A stretch of 64,000 bases of DNA, taken from Microthyrium microscopicum (lineage: Eukaryota). The notes under the pieces are model-generated. The model worked only from the letters and a program-made list of their open reading frames with translations. It was not told the origin of the DNA and did no database searches. Position 1 is the first letter of the stretch. Every line of letters starts with the position of its first letter. Positions 38,161 through 52,400 of this stretch are shown here, in pieces. The DNA lies in contig MU004234.1 of assembly GCA_010405405.1 (NCBI GenBank), positions 1,577,275 through 1,641,274 of the forward strand. Direction: 5' to 3'. A program made the position numbers and the translations under genes.

Positions 38161-39029
38161 ATGAGACTTATACCCGCCGTTGCATCTTTTCTCGCCGTTG
38201 GGATGGCCTTTGAAGGGCCATACTGGCCCCCAGGCCAAAACCAATACGGCTATCCCTTAGATGCCAACGACACAGTCATCCAATATCCACTCCGCTATCC
38301 ATCCGGTAAGAAAGACCAAAGCCAATATTTGTGTATTGAGAATGCTGACAGTTTCCTACCAGTTCCACTTATGAAAGAAAACTGCAGGGCGAAGGAAGTT
38401 GCCTCATGCACTCGTGACCAGTAACTTACTCCCACCCCCAAAGACGAAATTCTCTGACATCAGGCTTCCTTAGATATCGAATGGTATTCAGACAGCACTG
38501 GATTGTTGGTGTAGAGGAATACTGTCCCACCAATGATACTACAAATTGTTGGTCCTGGAAGGATTTAGGCTACGAGGGCGAAAAACTCAAGGACGCTTTA
38601 GACGACTCCTGGTGTATGATAACGCAATACAGTTTCCACTGGGGCTGGGGGAGAAGAAAAGAAATGCCACCCTGGGAGCACAGGATAGCGGCCCCGAGTG
38701 GATTCTTCTGGAGCGCGACTTTTCGGGCATCGGTTGGATGCGATACAAAAGATATAAGAAGGCGGATGGACCGTTTTGGAGTACCCCAGTGAGTCATATT
38801 TTCTTTGATGTACCAGTACTATGTCGTACACGGATTGTATCGCACATATCGCGAGACGACACAGTCCTGGTAAAACAAATCGCCAAAGTTCTCCGAAATT
38901 GCTAACTTCAATCTCAGTGAGCGCCATGATGGAGATGTGGTTCTTGGCTTGGAGAATAGTCCTAATCCTTATATTCGGAAGCTTGAAGCACAACGGAAGA
39001 AAGAAGAAGCTGGTAGAAGACATCGGTGA
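38161..39029 (+). CDS. Putative secreted Cys/Trp-containing orphan protein
   Basis: Signal-peptide-like MRLIPAVASFLAVGMA. Proposed exons 38161-38305, 38363-38420, 38474-38788, 38918-39029; the last exon is uncertain and the protein may end at 38792. Confidence 0.6.
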
Positions 39030-39734
39030 TTTGCTTTAACTGCTTGTGGCGCTTGTTTGAAGTCTTTCACGATTGATACGTTGAATCCAGAGCAAATCAG
39101 CCAGATCCATTTTGTCTCCTTGCGTGGAGTCGGAGTCAAGGGCACTGACTGGATCCAAAGACATACCAAGAAAGCTCAGAGCGGTTCATGGAAGGGCAAA
39201 ACAATCCTTCTTGTCCAAGTAACGGTGTTCCTACATATCACATGTGTATTCTTGTTCGTCAAGAGTGACCAAGTAGGCAGAAATTAGACCTGATGTGACA
39301 ACGCTGTCTTGATGATCTGCAACTATTTATTACACCATTTCATTTTAGAGAATTCCTATACCGTAAGCATGCTGGACCAGTTTGAGAAAGTCAATAATGA
39401 AGGAGTTGTGATTTGCCCTAGTATTAATCACTAGTACTAACAGTTCTGGATAACAACATGAAGTAGATAGCTAGGTTTTCCTAGACAACTGTCCCGGGGA
39501 GTGATATGAAATTAGGCAATATAGATTGTAATACAATACATTGGGAAGCGTCTATGCAAACAAACTTTTACCAGCCTGGCTAATGAATTTGGCCCAGAAT
39601 AGGACATGTTCAATATGTTGGACGTTGGATGTGATTGAAGTGGTTAGCAGTTATACTTCCGTCAGAGTATGCGAAATCACCCTTGCTATACGCAGATTCA
39701 CCATATAGGCACTTGGGCTGGTCGAGGAGCCAAC

Positions 39735-42700
39735 CTATCCTCTTCGACGGCCACCTTGGCCACCGTTCTGTATGCCGTTCTCCACCGCCTCGAGAACCAA
39801 ATCCTTGGCTTTAAGTACACCCTCTTTAGGACCCTTAATCTCAATGGCTTCGCTACCAGATCCTTGCTTTGGTACTTGAATTTGGACGTTGGTCTGCTTG
39901 CGGATGCTATTGATGGTAGAGCCTCCTTGACCAATGACGAACCGGTACATCTTGGGATCGGGAAGGATGAGATAGCCTGTAGATGTTGGCTTGGAAGCAT
40001 TGCTGATAGCCTGCTCAATGAGCTTACGGGCTTTGGCCAAATTGTCCTCGTTGCCTCGAAGAACCCAAGGAATATTGCCACCTTCTCCTTCAGCGACGGC
40101 TTCAGGCTCCTGTAGTTCCCAAGAATGCGAATTTTGGACGTCCTCAGGATCATCGGTGATTAATGGCATTGAAGCACCACCACCATTAGCTCGGCCACGG
40201 CTGGCGCCAGCGGTAGAGGATTTGGCTGGTGGTTTCTTGCCAGCATGATCCACTGTGATTCCATGATCATTTCGTAGACGACGAAAGATGTTTCCATCGT
40301 CAGATACAATGTGATGCAGACCAACTGGCACTTCAATGGTCTCCGAAGCCTGCTCCTTGATAAGGGAATCAATATGAGACTTGACTTTGGCAACATCTTC
40401 TGGCTGTCCCGAAATCTTGACGTTAGCACGTTCAGGCCCCGAGGTATCTGCGCGAGGAATATTGATTTCCACTTTGAAATCTTCCTCCAACTTTCGGCGA
40501 GTAGAACCACCTGGGCCAATCAAATGACGATGCATCTCTGGTGGCACATTCACGGACTCGACAACTTGGCCATCTTTCTCTGACACAAGGCCACGGATAG
40601 CGGTGATAATCTTTTGCACAACAGCCTTTGGACCTTGTATCTTGATGCTAGATTCATTGGATCCCTGTTTGGGGAATGTGACCATGCGGTTCATCTGCCG
40701 ACGATCCTCAGGTCCACCAGCATCGAGCACAATCTTTGAAAGCGTAGAGCCGGATGGTCCAATGATAGTCTTGTAGAACTTGGGGTCAATCTCCATGGAT
40801 TCGGAAACCGTGTTGTCAAATTCCTTGGCGCGCTCAAGAAGCAACTTTTTGGCATCCTCGACTTGCTTCTTGGTTCCTTTGAGCTTGATCTCTACTCGTG
40901 AATTGGCTTCCACCTCTTCTTTCTTAGGCATGTCGATTCGGCACTTAGTTTCGTTCCGTAGACTGTCAAGTTCCCGGCCCCCTGCACCAATGAGGGATGG
41001 CACTTGCTTGGAGGCGACAGCTACAGTGGCCGTGTGCGAGTTATCTTGAACATATTGAAGGAGGTTAAGCAGTTCTTCACGGGCTTCATCGGCACCCTTG
41101 CGAGGACCCTTAATGACTACGACATCAGGAGCTTGCGTGGGTTGGCCACGGAACGAGCTTTCAGTAGCGGCGTCGGCATCGTCAGCGACATGCTGCTGCC
41201 GAGGGAAATTGATCCGAACATTGTAACGATCCTGTAGTCGCATGACCTGGCTTCCCTTGGGTCCTTTGAGGTCATAGTGATACTGGGCGGGAACTTTGAT
41301 TTGGTGAGTCGCCTCGTCCTCGAGTTTCTTGGCATTCGACAAGATATGTGACTTGCACGCCTCACACTTGGCTTTCGGACCTTTCAATTCAATCTTTCCC
41401 TCGGTATAGTTGATTTCGATATCGAACTCGTCTTGTAGTTTCTTGATGTTATCTCCCTTTCGACCAATTAAATGACTAGCAAACTTATGAGGGTACTCGA
41501 ATGACATGGTGAAGCCTCGTTCCAGTTCATCCTTTTTCTCTTGTTCTATGAACGCGAGGAGCATGGCATTTAGGGCATCGACTTCAGTTGCAGGACCGCG
41601 AATATGGAACCCAGGGCCAGAAGACTTTGGTGCAGGTTTACCAAAGAGCAGCTGTGGAGGAATTTGGCCTTCTGGTAAGTTGCGTTGTTCTCGATCCACG
41701 TATCGTTGAACCTTTTCATGGTATCTAGCACAAATTAGCGAGTGGAAATTGATGATCTGATTTAGGCTTACTTTGGAGGAGCCTCGAAATGTTGAGAGAC
41801 GACGTTCTTGTTGTTACCAACGATGCTATTCAGGTATTTCAAAGCTGCTTGCACTGACTGTTGATGTTCTTTGATTTCAGCTGCACTTGGTGGTTGTCGT
41901 GGAAGCGAATACTCGGAAGGTGAACCGGGTGCTTCATATACGAGAACCAGTTCTTGGGATTCAGGGTCCTCCAGAGGGAACAAGATGTGAACTCCATGTT
42001 CTCGGCGAATTTGTGGTGCCTGTCGCTGTAGATGATTGTGGTAGAAAGGGTTGACATCCATTGACTGAAATCGAGAAGGTGGATGAGCGGCAATTAGATT
42101 CAAAGCATCGGTTCGCGCGCGCATTCCCTGCTTTCCGTCTTGAGAGAAGATTTGCCAGTTTGCGGGACTATCGCGAGTGACAGGCAGAACGATGCTAGCA
42201 GCATACTGTCGCTCTAACTCAGCGATTGCTTGACGTTCCCGCAAATATCTTCCGAGATTATGAGCGTGAGCTGGTGGCGCTCTAGCATGTTGGCGAGCCA
42301 CGTCGACATTGCTAACAGCCATACTTGCAGCAACATCCATGACTTTGTTAACTGCACTTTCAATTTTATCTGGTGGTCCGATGATATATAGGGTTTCAGT
42401 ATCGTCATTGGACGGAGGAACGATAACGGAGCAGCCAGTCTCCTCAATGAGATCATGCAGGGCATCACCGTTTTGGCCGACGATGAATTGGTGACGTCCA
42501 CGTTCGATGGGTAGTTGATGAGACGTCAGCTGTCGGCGAAGAGCTTCGACCTGTCTATCGATGCGTTCCCGTGCTTGTTGAGCTGCTTGACGGTCACCTG
42601 AGATGCGAATAGGCAAAGATGGCTGTGGGACAAAGGATGCAGGTTTGCCTTGTGCTTGTGGTTGTGTTGGAGGTGCTCCCGACCAGACATGATAAGATGG

Positions 42701-43779
42701 AATGTTAATATTCAAGTCAGCACTACCGCGAAGCTTGTTGAGATTAGCTTCTCTGGCACCGATCAAGAATGGGTAAAACTCCGGTGGAATGTCTTTTAGG
42801 CTCATGCTCTGGCTCGATGTGCGCTCGTTTATTATTTTTTGGACTTCTCGTCGAGCCATTTCCGCAGAAACAGCATCGCCTTCAACAGTAATGTCAATGG
42901 TAGCATCTTCATCGTCCGCGTTGACTGGTTCGTCCTGCTTGGGGATGTTAATTCGAGCGCCGGTCCGCTTGGTTATGCCTTGGATAGTCTGGCCCTGCTT
43001 TCCAATCAGGAAAGGGCGAACAGCCAAAGGCACCGCGATTTTAATTGATTGCTATCTCTTGTTAGTGGCCATAAGCAATAATAAACACTCGTGAAGCTTA
43101 CCTTTGAGCCAACTTGGTTGGCCACTTCTTTGAGGGCCTGTCGAACCGCATCCTGTGGTCCAGTGCCTTCAAAAATGATTTGTCCACCGGGCCCTTCTTT
43201 GACTACGACTTGAGCTTTGGAACGTTTGTTGATCTCGCGCAGGACCTCCGGAATAGGTTTCTTCAAAAGGTGACGGGGAGTGATTTGCTGCGGAGCAAAA
43301 GCAACTCGTTCTACAGCACGTCCTGGTAGAGAGACATTGCTCAGACCAAAGTTACTAGGAGACGAATTGCCGCCTTGTGCAGGAGCATTTCGTGCCCGAG
43401 CTTGGCTGGCTTGAGAAGAGCCATTCGTAGGGGTATTGGCGCTTCCATTCAAAGTAGAGGCAGGTTTTCTTGACCATGTGTGAGAAGCCGCAACAGGGGC
43501 CGGCTTAGAGGGTCCAAGTGAAGGGAAGGCTTCTTCGGAGTTGACATTGAGGGGTGCTTTCTTGGGACGGGAGGGTACATCAACGGGAGGCTTGCCCGTC
43601 GGGTCGGAAGAAGACGATGCAGTGACAGGGTCACTCGAGGCGTGTAGTGCGGGAGGGTGTTGTACATCCTCTTCGTCTACAACATCCTCTACAGTTGGAT
43701 TGTGGGGCTCGTTGGCGGCATGTCGCATTCGCAACTGTTCGGCAGGGGTCAAATTTGAACCATTTGAAGATGAGGCCAT
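39735..43779 (-). CDS. SCP160: Vigilin / Scp160 multi-KH-domain RNA-binding protein
   Basis: Exons 43779-43102, 43051-41772, 41724-39735. Many KH GxxG loops (LIGKQG, LIGRKG, LIGAGG, IIGPSG, LIGPGG, VIGQGG); N-terminal SEEAFPSLG motif. Confidence 0.93.
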
Positions 43780-46063
43780 GGTTGCAGGATTGAAACAGGT
43801 ATGTTCAGTGTTATCGAGGTATAGTCTATAGGTATCGAGCAGCTGGAGTTGACGATGAATTCTATGATTCCCCGGAAGGTAAAGGCGAATGGTGTAGAGT
43901 AATTTGTTCGGTGGGATATGTTAAGGTTTGTGTTATTTAATTGAAGAACATGATCAGCGCCTTGTGAATGGTGAGCTGGAGGGGAAGTAGGGAGTAGGAA
44001 GGTGAAAGCTTGAGGCTTGAAGCTTGAATCTCGACAATAGCAGTGAAATGGAGCGAAGACTCAGCAAATGATTGCAAAAAGTGTCAATTCAATTTGATGA
44101 GCGACTTTTGATGTTGGTAGTTGGAAGTAAATGTGGAGTGCCCGAGTGATGAGAGAGCTTGAGGTCTGGTCGGAATTTTGTCGGTGGGTGAACACTGAAG
44201 GGTCAATGGTTTGGATTTGATATGCCAAGGCGCCTTTCCCGACTTGTCCTAGTCCCACGACTCCCACTATTCGAGCCTCTCCCTCTTCTTTTGAAAGGTA
44301 CTGTCTTATTATCGACTCTATGTTGTTCAGAACTTTAGAACTGCAGTCTCGTCTTGTTCTATGCACAGCATGGTCGTTGATGGTACTACTAACGTATTTG
44401 TGTGCTAGTCAGCGGCATCGTTGAGTCTTCGAGTCTTCGAACCTTGCTCCACTTCAAACTTCCTCCATCTCTCCCAAATCCCAATAGAGTACGTTGGGGC
44501 ATCACTAGTTCTCAGCAAAACCTTCATACCATGCAACGGCAGCCTGCAAAGCAATCTTGATTTTCATTATCAAAGAGTTCGATGCAAACTTGGGATCAAT
44601 TTATCTACTCCGCAATGGCGGGCGAGCTCTTGTCAAATATCACGTTTGCCATCGCTCATCAACCTCTTTGAAGTCAGCAGACATATCTGTCTCTCTGGCC
44701 TCCAAAGCACCCATTTAGATACTACCTTTTCACTCTTCATGAAAGACGATGTAATAGGACTAACTGCGACTGGCCAACATAACGCTCAAAAACCTCGGAC
44801 CTGCATGATTCATTACCCGCCGACCATGTTCAAGGCCTATCGTCACTAACATTTGAACATTGTGCATTGTAGGTCCTGCAGCAATCAAAACTCTTTTCAA
44901 ACGTCCTTTCAACAAATTCAATGCTCTTTCAACGTTATCAAGTCTCGATTTTCAAGAATCATCCCGTCCTCGGCTAATTTTGGACGAGCTCCTTCTCGAA
45001 GTGCCATCTCAGCCATTTGTTTCAAACCCGCCAAAAATAATCGCGGAAACAAACACAAGGCTGAATCGGCTTTGAGGAAGAGAGATCCTCTTTGACTTTT
45101 GAAATTAAAGATACTCGGCTCCTTTAGACTATGCCGCAATCATTCTGTTGATCTCAGCCTCCCTTTCGCTAAAATCAGACCTGCAGATATGGTACATGTC
45201 TCCCTCAAAAGAAGCCGCAGTCAGCAAATTTCACAGTACGAGATACCGCCAGTCGCGTCAATCTTCTGGAGTTGCTGTGCTGGCAACTCTGTCGTCTGAT
45301 TGAAATATTTATAACATTGCTCGTTGTATGCGTTTTTTTAAGGTTCATGCAAAGTGAACTTGATACATGAACATCTGGGGTGCGTTGTCAATTGTCAACA
45401 TACTCTACATAATCCCCTTTTTTACGCGCCCAAGAAGATTTGAAGGTCTCGACCATCTCTCACTCACCCCTTGTTGTCTGCCCCCAAATCGGTCAAATAA
45501 GGCTTGGTCTAACTCGATCAGGAACCCTTCAAGCCCATGCCGTTGGTGGTGAGCTTTGATGCCCGCTCACGATGCATTAACGGCGTTGTCGCTTGTATCC
45601 TATTTTGGCTATCGTCATGCATAGTGGCTTGATGTAATTGAGCGGCGCTCGTGTCGGGCTTTGTCTAGGACTCCACCATTGACCAGCCTAATCACCAGCT
45701 TCGTCAAGAATTAGTTGATAATGACGGGCTGCTCACCTCGTTTCTGGTGTGCCGACTCAACTTCCTTTCCATTCAGGCCCACTCTGCCAACAACAAACTA
45801 ATACAACATAATACTTTCCTATCATCCGTCCTTTTCATTTGCTGCTGTAATCCAACTTAATACCTTCCATAATCAGCTCCCACAATCAGTCTATCGCGGA
45901 GTAATATCAGCCCTTTCCAACCTGTGATAAAATGATTTGACTGGACACCATTTTCATCATAAAACCAGACCGCATCCCCTCATCCCTTCGAGACGCATAC
46001 AAACGCCAATAGAGTTCACTTTCACGGTTCTCACCAAATACAAAACCTATCACAACCTACATT

Positions 46064-46483
46064 ATGCCACAAGAACAGAATATTTCTGTGCCGGTCCTGG
46101 CCGTTTGCATCGTCCTCACAGCTGTTACGACGGCAGCGATATTTATGGCCATCACATGTTGTACACTACGCTCAAGGAGAAAGCAACAAGACTGGGAAGC
46201 ACAACGGGACTCACTTCAGCAACTTAATTCCAACCTCTCCATTCCCAGTACGATCGATCTGCACAAATCATATGCAGGTCCTCCATCGAAACACAACGCT
46301 TCGCCATATACCAAACACTCATCAACATTTCCATCGCCAATTCCTGGAAAATCACTGTCTGTCGAACAAGTACATGAGATAGGCGGCCCCATAACGCCGA
46401 AAGAATTTCCTGGAAGCATATCTTTGCCTGGCAAAGATCATAGGGATACTGTCAACAGCAATGACGCAAAAAACATGCTATAA
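46064..46483 (+). CDS. Hypothetical single-pass membrane protein (139 aa)
   Basis: N-terminal hydrophobic helix followed by basic RSRRK and an S/P-rich tail; no family recognised. Confidence 0.55.
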   Translation: MPQEQNISVPVLAVCIVLTAVTTAAIFMAITCCTLRSRRKQQDWEAQRDSLQQLNSNLSIPSTIDLHKSYAGPPSKHNASPYTKHSSTFPSPIPGKSLSVEQVHEIGGPITPKEFPGSISLPGKDHRDTVNSNDAKNML

Positions 46484-47016
46484 GACTCAAGATACGGAGA
46501 CAACACCCGTGGACATCAATAGTTCGAAACAAATTCTCGGAATATAGCATGAAACAAAGCACGAGGCGGAAACATGTTTACCTCTTTTACGACTTTTAAC
46601 GACTTATGATTAGTGTTCTTCATTGAGCCTGCAGTTTCGATGATATAGAACACCTTCTTCAGTTCTAGCCATCATCATATATTACAAATTCGCTTCGTCA
46701 CTATCCAGTTGCTTCTGATCGCGGCTTCTGATATATGTTATCTCTTTTGGGTCTGTCTATGAAAAACAAGAGACGACTTTGTACATTAGATTACTTCTAC
46801 ATGCTGAGAGTACTTGGTGTTAAATCAAGCAAGCGTCGCACATGCAACTCTTTCATACAAGCTCTTCTGTGTATTTCGTCGTATATGATCTTAAACCTGA
46901 TGTTCCCAAGCGTGAAACTTTGTCAAATCTGTTTCATAGTGACTGCTTATGCGTGTGCTGATTATCTGTGCCTCAGTATGAAATTGAAAGAGCATAACAA
47001 GGTCAAAATATACAGA

Positions 47017-48290
47017 TCACAAACCCCATACCCTCAATTGTCTATCAACCTGCTCATCAACCCCATCTCTTCTCTCGGCCACTCCAACCTTTTCCAACAC
47101 GCGAGGCTGTAAGAAGTCACATTGACACAGATTCTTCGTAAACCACCAGATGTCCGCCCACTCCTTTGCCCCTTCGACGTTCGATGGTTTCGCTACACCC
47201 GCCTCCTTCAAGCAGTCGTCAAAGTACTTGACAAGCTCCCAGTGGATCTTCTTGCGCTCTAGGAGGGGATTGGGAAAGGCCGGTAAGACGTACGTACGTA
47301 GTGTTGCGCTTTCCTTACAGCTGCCGCTGCTGTTAGCTGGTCCCAAGAAGGCGTGAAGTCTACAAGCGAATTGAAATATTCGGAGATTGGGTGGGCTATG
47401 TGAGCAAAGTCTCATTCGAGGACTGCGGTTAGTTGGCGGGTGGTTATGTTGAATAGGAGATTGAACAGAACTTGCGTCAAAGGTCAGTGGTAAACTCATA
47501 TATGCTGGTATGGGGTAAACTTATATAGGTCTCCGTGGACATTCTCTGGTTTCATTTGGACGTTAGCGAGCAATGTATGATAGACGCTCTTTGATTGCTC
47601 GTTGGAATGGACACTTGGTACTAGCAGTACTCGCTCTCTCCTGTAATGTCTTGATGAGCTTTGATGTGCCCAAATCATCGGTTTCTGATAGCAGTGGACT
47701 TTGAGCACGAGCGTTCGCTTTCCAGTCAAGCATACCACGACACAACTCTCTGTACGAATCAAAAGGAAAGACCACCGGCCTCCCAATGTAATTACCAGCC
47801 TCATCAAACCAAACTGCCTAATTGCCTAACAGGCACCTCAGAAGCCTGAAGAGCCTTCACAACTTGCGCAACCTGTTCCGCAACAATCTTCTGATCCTTC
47901 ACATCCCATCCATTAAAGCCATCCGAGATATTCTCACCCTCTATGAACTTTATTATCGCCTAGCTAGGAAAACCTACAGTCTTGTCTTACTAAGCAAATT
48001 ATAAGAGTTACTAAGCGCTGTAGAAAGTCTTTATGAGCTTATCAAGTAAGGTTCATAATTGCAATGGAGCTCTGTATCTGGAACTCTTCATTCAGCCCGG
48101 CCTCAGGATTGGTGTGCCAGAATATGAGGCGAGAGCTGCCTTTAGGGATATCATCTGTTCCTAGGCTTCGGCTCTGGGGTTGGAGCTATATGGGCTCTTT
48201 CAAGGGGGTTTCAAGCTCGATGCGAAATACATCGGTGTTGTTTCCGCTTACTGGAATTATTGATCTTGCCTTGGATGTTTAGCGTGGTTC
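47017..48290 (-). pseudogene. Degraded APH/kinase-like phosphotransferase gene with RIP-like mutations
   Basis: Fragments NNTDVFRIEL, GTDDIPKGSSRLIFWHTNPEAG, S*AIIKFIEGENISD, WFDEAGNYIGRP..FPFDSYRELC and VHGDL occur in the expected order but are broken by stops and frameshifts. Confidence 0.7.
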
Positions 48291-49449
48291 AAGTAGCAGT
48301 TTGGATCAGACGGCTTACAGCAAAGTTCGTGTCTCTGAGCAGGGAAGTAATGACTTTTGGCACTGGGTTTGCCATGAAGTGCACGTGGTTTGGAAACAAG
48401 CTGGATCTCACGTGTAGATACCAGTATACGTAGCTGTTCTGTTCTCAGCTCCCGTACAGCTGATCTATCAGGTCTCCAAGTACAAGGATGCAAGAAGTCA
48501 AATCTTCTCGATGCGATGGGAGCGAAGTGCGAAATTGTTAGTAGCGCTCACTGGGGCCATAGGGATCCTAATCCATGGTATGAAGGACTGTATCGTGCGG
48601 AAATAACACAAAGGATTCTTGGTTTCCCAGATAGAAAAGATCGTAGATTCCTCAGTTAGTTCGCACACGTCACACATTGACCGGAACAGACAGGTCAGCG
48701 AGTACGCTAGAAATGCGTCCGGTGTCGTTGACAATGGTCTCAAACGTGTAGTAAGTCACCGAGAACGGCAAGATATCGAGATTGCTATCCTCCCGTGTCA
48801 ACATGTACATGGCGAAATGCAATTAAATTCATTTTTGACGGGTGTATTCAAGGTAACTAAAAGGAGGGCTTCCAAGTCCGCCATCAGTCTCCTAGACCCG
48901 TCTTGCCAATTTCGTCCACATACATCAATCAAGTCCTATGAGAATTCAGATCTCTCATCCGCAAATCAAACGGTGTGACAGAGTAGAAAAGGTTTGCCGT
49001 TATTCAGGGCGAGCGGTAAAAGAAAAGAGGTTTGTGAGATCTATCGATCAGATGGAGGCGAAAAAGAAGAAATGCGAATTCAAAAAAGGTTGTCCAACGC
49101 CAATTGATGAGGAAGATAATGGAAATGAGACAAAAAAGAAGAAAAAGAGTCCAATCGCTATGCATGAGAAGGATTGTGACGCGTCGCTCGCCGGTTACTT
49201 GTCTGTTGTACATGGTGAAAACCGTGATTTCAATATAGTAAATGTATCGCGCCGGCCAGATGTAATTGATCATTCAAGAGAGGACAATCTACGATGTCGT
49301 TCAAAAGCAGTTTTCATTCCTGGAGCGTCGGGCTTTACTAGATGTTGGGCGTGAGGAGGCTTTCGCTGGTCTGCGACTGCTTATCAAAACCGTTTGTCTT
49401 GTAGTGGATCGCCTGCTACATTGGCAAAGTTCTGATATATCTTGATACT

Positions 49450-52400
49450 TCACCAGTAACCTTGTCGATTGCCATCACCGCCTGCGCGCTCGGTGACAGG
49501 ATACCACTGCTGTTGCTGTTGTTGTTGGTGCTGATGATTTTGCCAATCCTGATCATCCTGACCTGAATAGGAATCGTTCAGTGAATATTGTTGCCCGTCA
49601 TCAGGATAATGCTGCTCATTACCACCATAACCCTGCTGAGACGGATGCGAAGCTATATAAGGAGTTCGTTGCGGATCTTCTTCGTGGTGTTGCTGCCCGT
49701 TCGAATAGGTACCTTGGTAGCCATGTTCGACTTGTGCTTGTTGCTATTCACGAATCAGTCTCATTTCGACAATGTCATGACACCTGTGGGCATCATACCT
49801 CTTGATACCGCTGATACTGCTGGAACTCCTCCAGCCCTTGCTCTCTAGGCTGCTGTTGTTCCCTTTTTTGCCGTTCCTTCTGCTCCTGTCTCTCCGCTTT
49901 ACGTTGCTGCTCAGCCATCTTTTCTTGCTGCTGTCGTTCTTGTCGTTGTTGCTGCTTTTGAGCTGCGCTCTGCGGTATTTGTACGTGCGGATGCATTTGT
50001 TGGACTTTGGCGAGGTACGAGTACATGAAATTTGACAAGAGAACTTGCGAATACAACTCGCGTCGAGGATTCGCAAGCTTGATGTGAGCCATACGATATA
50101 TGGCGCGTTCTTCCATAATACTAAATCTAGTCCAAGGGAAGTCAATATCGGGTCGTTGCAATCGGGGTGGTGGATCTGGTGAAAGTCCCCGCTGTGACGC
50201 ATTTCCATGTTTGTGCTTCGATGAAAGCGAATCCTTGTCCCCCTTCTTCTGTTTGTTGCCAAACAACGACGAGAATATTCCATCCTTCTCCTTCTTTGGC
50301 TCCGATCCTTTCTTGCTACTCTTCTTACCATCTTCTTCGAGCTGAATGTTTGCCCGATCAAACACCAGACTTTCTCTTCCTTTCGCTTGCGGATTATCGA
50401 TCGAATTTTGCAATAAATCTAATCGAGTGTTATCGTGCGCGCGATCTCCGCCTTTCTGCAGCTTTGATTTGCTCTTCTTGGATTGCTCCTTCTCTTCTTT
50501 TTCACTACTTGAAAACCAACCCCAGGATGACTTTCTGGGGCCGTCATCCTTGTTCTTGAACTTCTTGTCGCTCTTCTTATTTTCTTCAAAGGTAGGAATA
50601 GCAGTCAATGATTCCGTACCTCGTCCGTTTCCAAGAATGGAGTCAGAGGCAATGTCGTCCAGAGTAATGTTTTGAGGCCGATGTTGGATTTGCTGCGGTG
50701 GTTGCCGCTGTGGTAAAGATTGTGGGCGCGGTTGTACTGCCTGTCGTTGCGCCAAAGGCCTACCAGGTAATGGACCTTGTGGAGGAGCCGATGGCTGGTC
50801 CATAGATGAAGAGCGGTCGGGGGCAATGTTTGGTGCCGACATAGGTCTGTTTTCACTGAGTTGAGGTCGAGGTTCAGGCTGTGGTTCAATTATCTGAGGA
50901 ATGGGCATTTGCGGACTGGAGGCAACAGGACGGCCATTGGGATATCGTGATGATTGTAAGGAGTACTGATCTTGTGTTGGTGACTTCCGTTGGTCAAACT
51001 CGGGGGTTTGAACAGCCGGTGCTTCATCAAATTGTCCCCTCGTTGGTGAATATTGAGTAGGTGGAGTTTGGGCACGCCTTCCAGGTCTTGAAAAGTTCTC
51101 AACCGGTTTACTTGATATTAAAGGCTCAGTCTGAACACGAGTTAAACCGAAAGCATTATTGGTAAACTCGGAAAAGTCTGGCAGAGCAGGAACATCTGGC
51201 AGTTTCGACGCTTCCTGTGAGGGGGTTGGAGAGTTTGATCGGTCGTCGTCTTCTCGTAGAGTCTGCCTTCGATTCAAACGGCTTCCCTTTACACTGCCAG
51301 TACCCTTTCGATATTGTGTCCGGGTGGAACGTTTTAATGATGAGCCCAAGGGCTTGGCTGGAAGAATAGGTATATCTTGAGCGATGGAGGCATCTGAACC
51401 AGAATCAAGGGAGGTCCTATCTCCACTCAGACGGCTACCAATATGCGTCGGATCGCTTATTATCTGCTCCAATTGATGTAAATTAACTTGAGGCTGAATT
51501 TCCCCATTGATCGATTTTTTGCGTTCCAGTCTGGTGGCTCCGTCTTCATACCCATTACCATTATCAATCTGTCTTGAAAGCATCGATTTCCGCCTCCGTA
51601 ATGAGCCACTACTCAAGCCAGGTGCGAGAGGCTCATCGGATAGGGATGAGCGCTTTATTGTTTTGACTCGTTCTGAAATAAAGGATTTGAATTCTCTGGG
51701 GGCAAGCTCAGGATGTAATCGAGCGGGCACCCAATACATCCTCGATGGATCGTCTTCATCGTCGTCGTGGGAGGGGGCTACCGTCGGCACGCCGAAAGGC
51801 GGAAGATCTGGATCTTGAGCATGTACATCCATGGACATTCTTCGTATAGCTTGCAAATTGCTGAATTCCCGCGCCACAGCATCCGGACTTGTGTCCAAAT
51901 CAATTTCACCAATGCCGAAATTAGCCTCATCTTGCTGTTGTTGGGTCATTATGCTGTTCAAGCTGGGGTCGCTGGGATGTCGTTGCGAATTTCGAGGCTC
52001 CGGATCAAACGAGGCGCCGTTCATAGCTGGCGCAGTCATGCTGCGGGTGCTCAGAGGGGCGGGCCGGTCATTGAAGGGGTCGTTAAAGCGAGGTGGAGTG
52101 GATGCATCGGAGGGCGAGAGTTGGGAGGAATAGGAAGCGGGATTAAAAGGAGTGGTATCAATGACCTCGCCACGAGGAGAAGGGATAAAACTTAAGGGAC
52201 GAGAGGAATGACCGTTTTGGCGAGGCGAGAGAGCATCATCGCGATGGGACATGGACGACGGAGAGAGAGACGGAGGTGCGTAATGAGTACGACTAGTGGT
52301 GTCGTGGACGGGGGATTGAGAGGGAGACGACTTGTTTGGATTATTGAGAGATGGTATGGAGTTGGAGTCGATGTATGGATAGCCGCGGCGGCGTTCGCGC

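Noticed and set aside
44421..45300. Short ORFs and splice-like signals divergent from SCP160
   Set aside because: No consistent reading frame or recognisable product.
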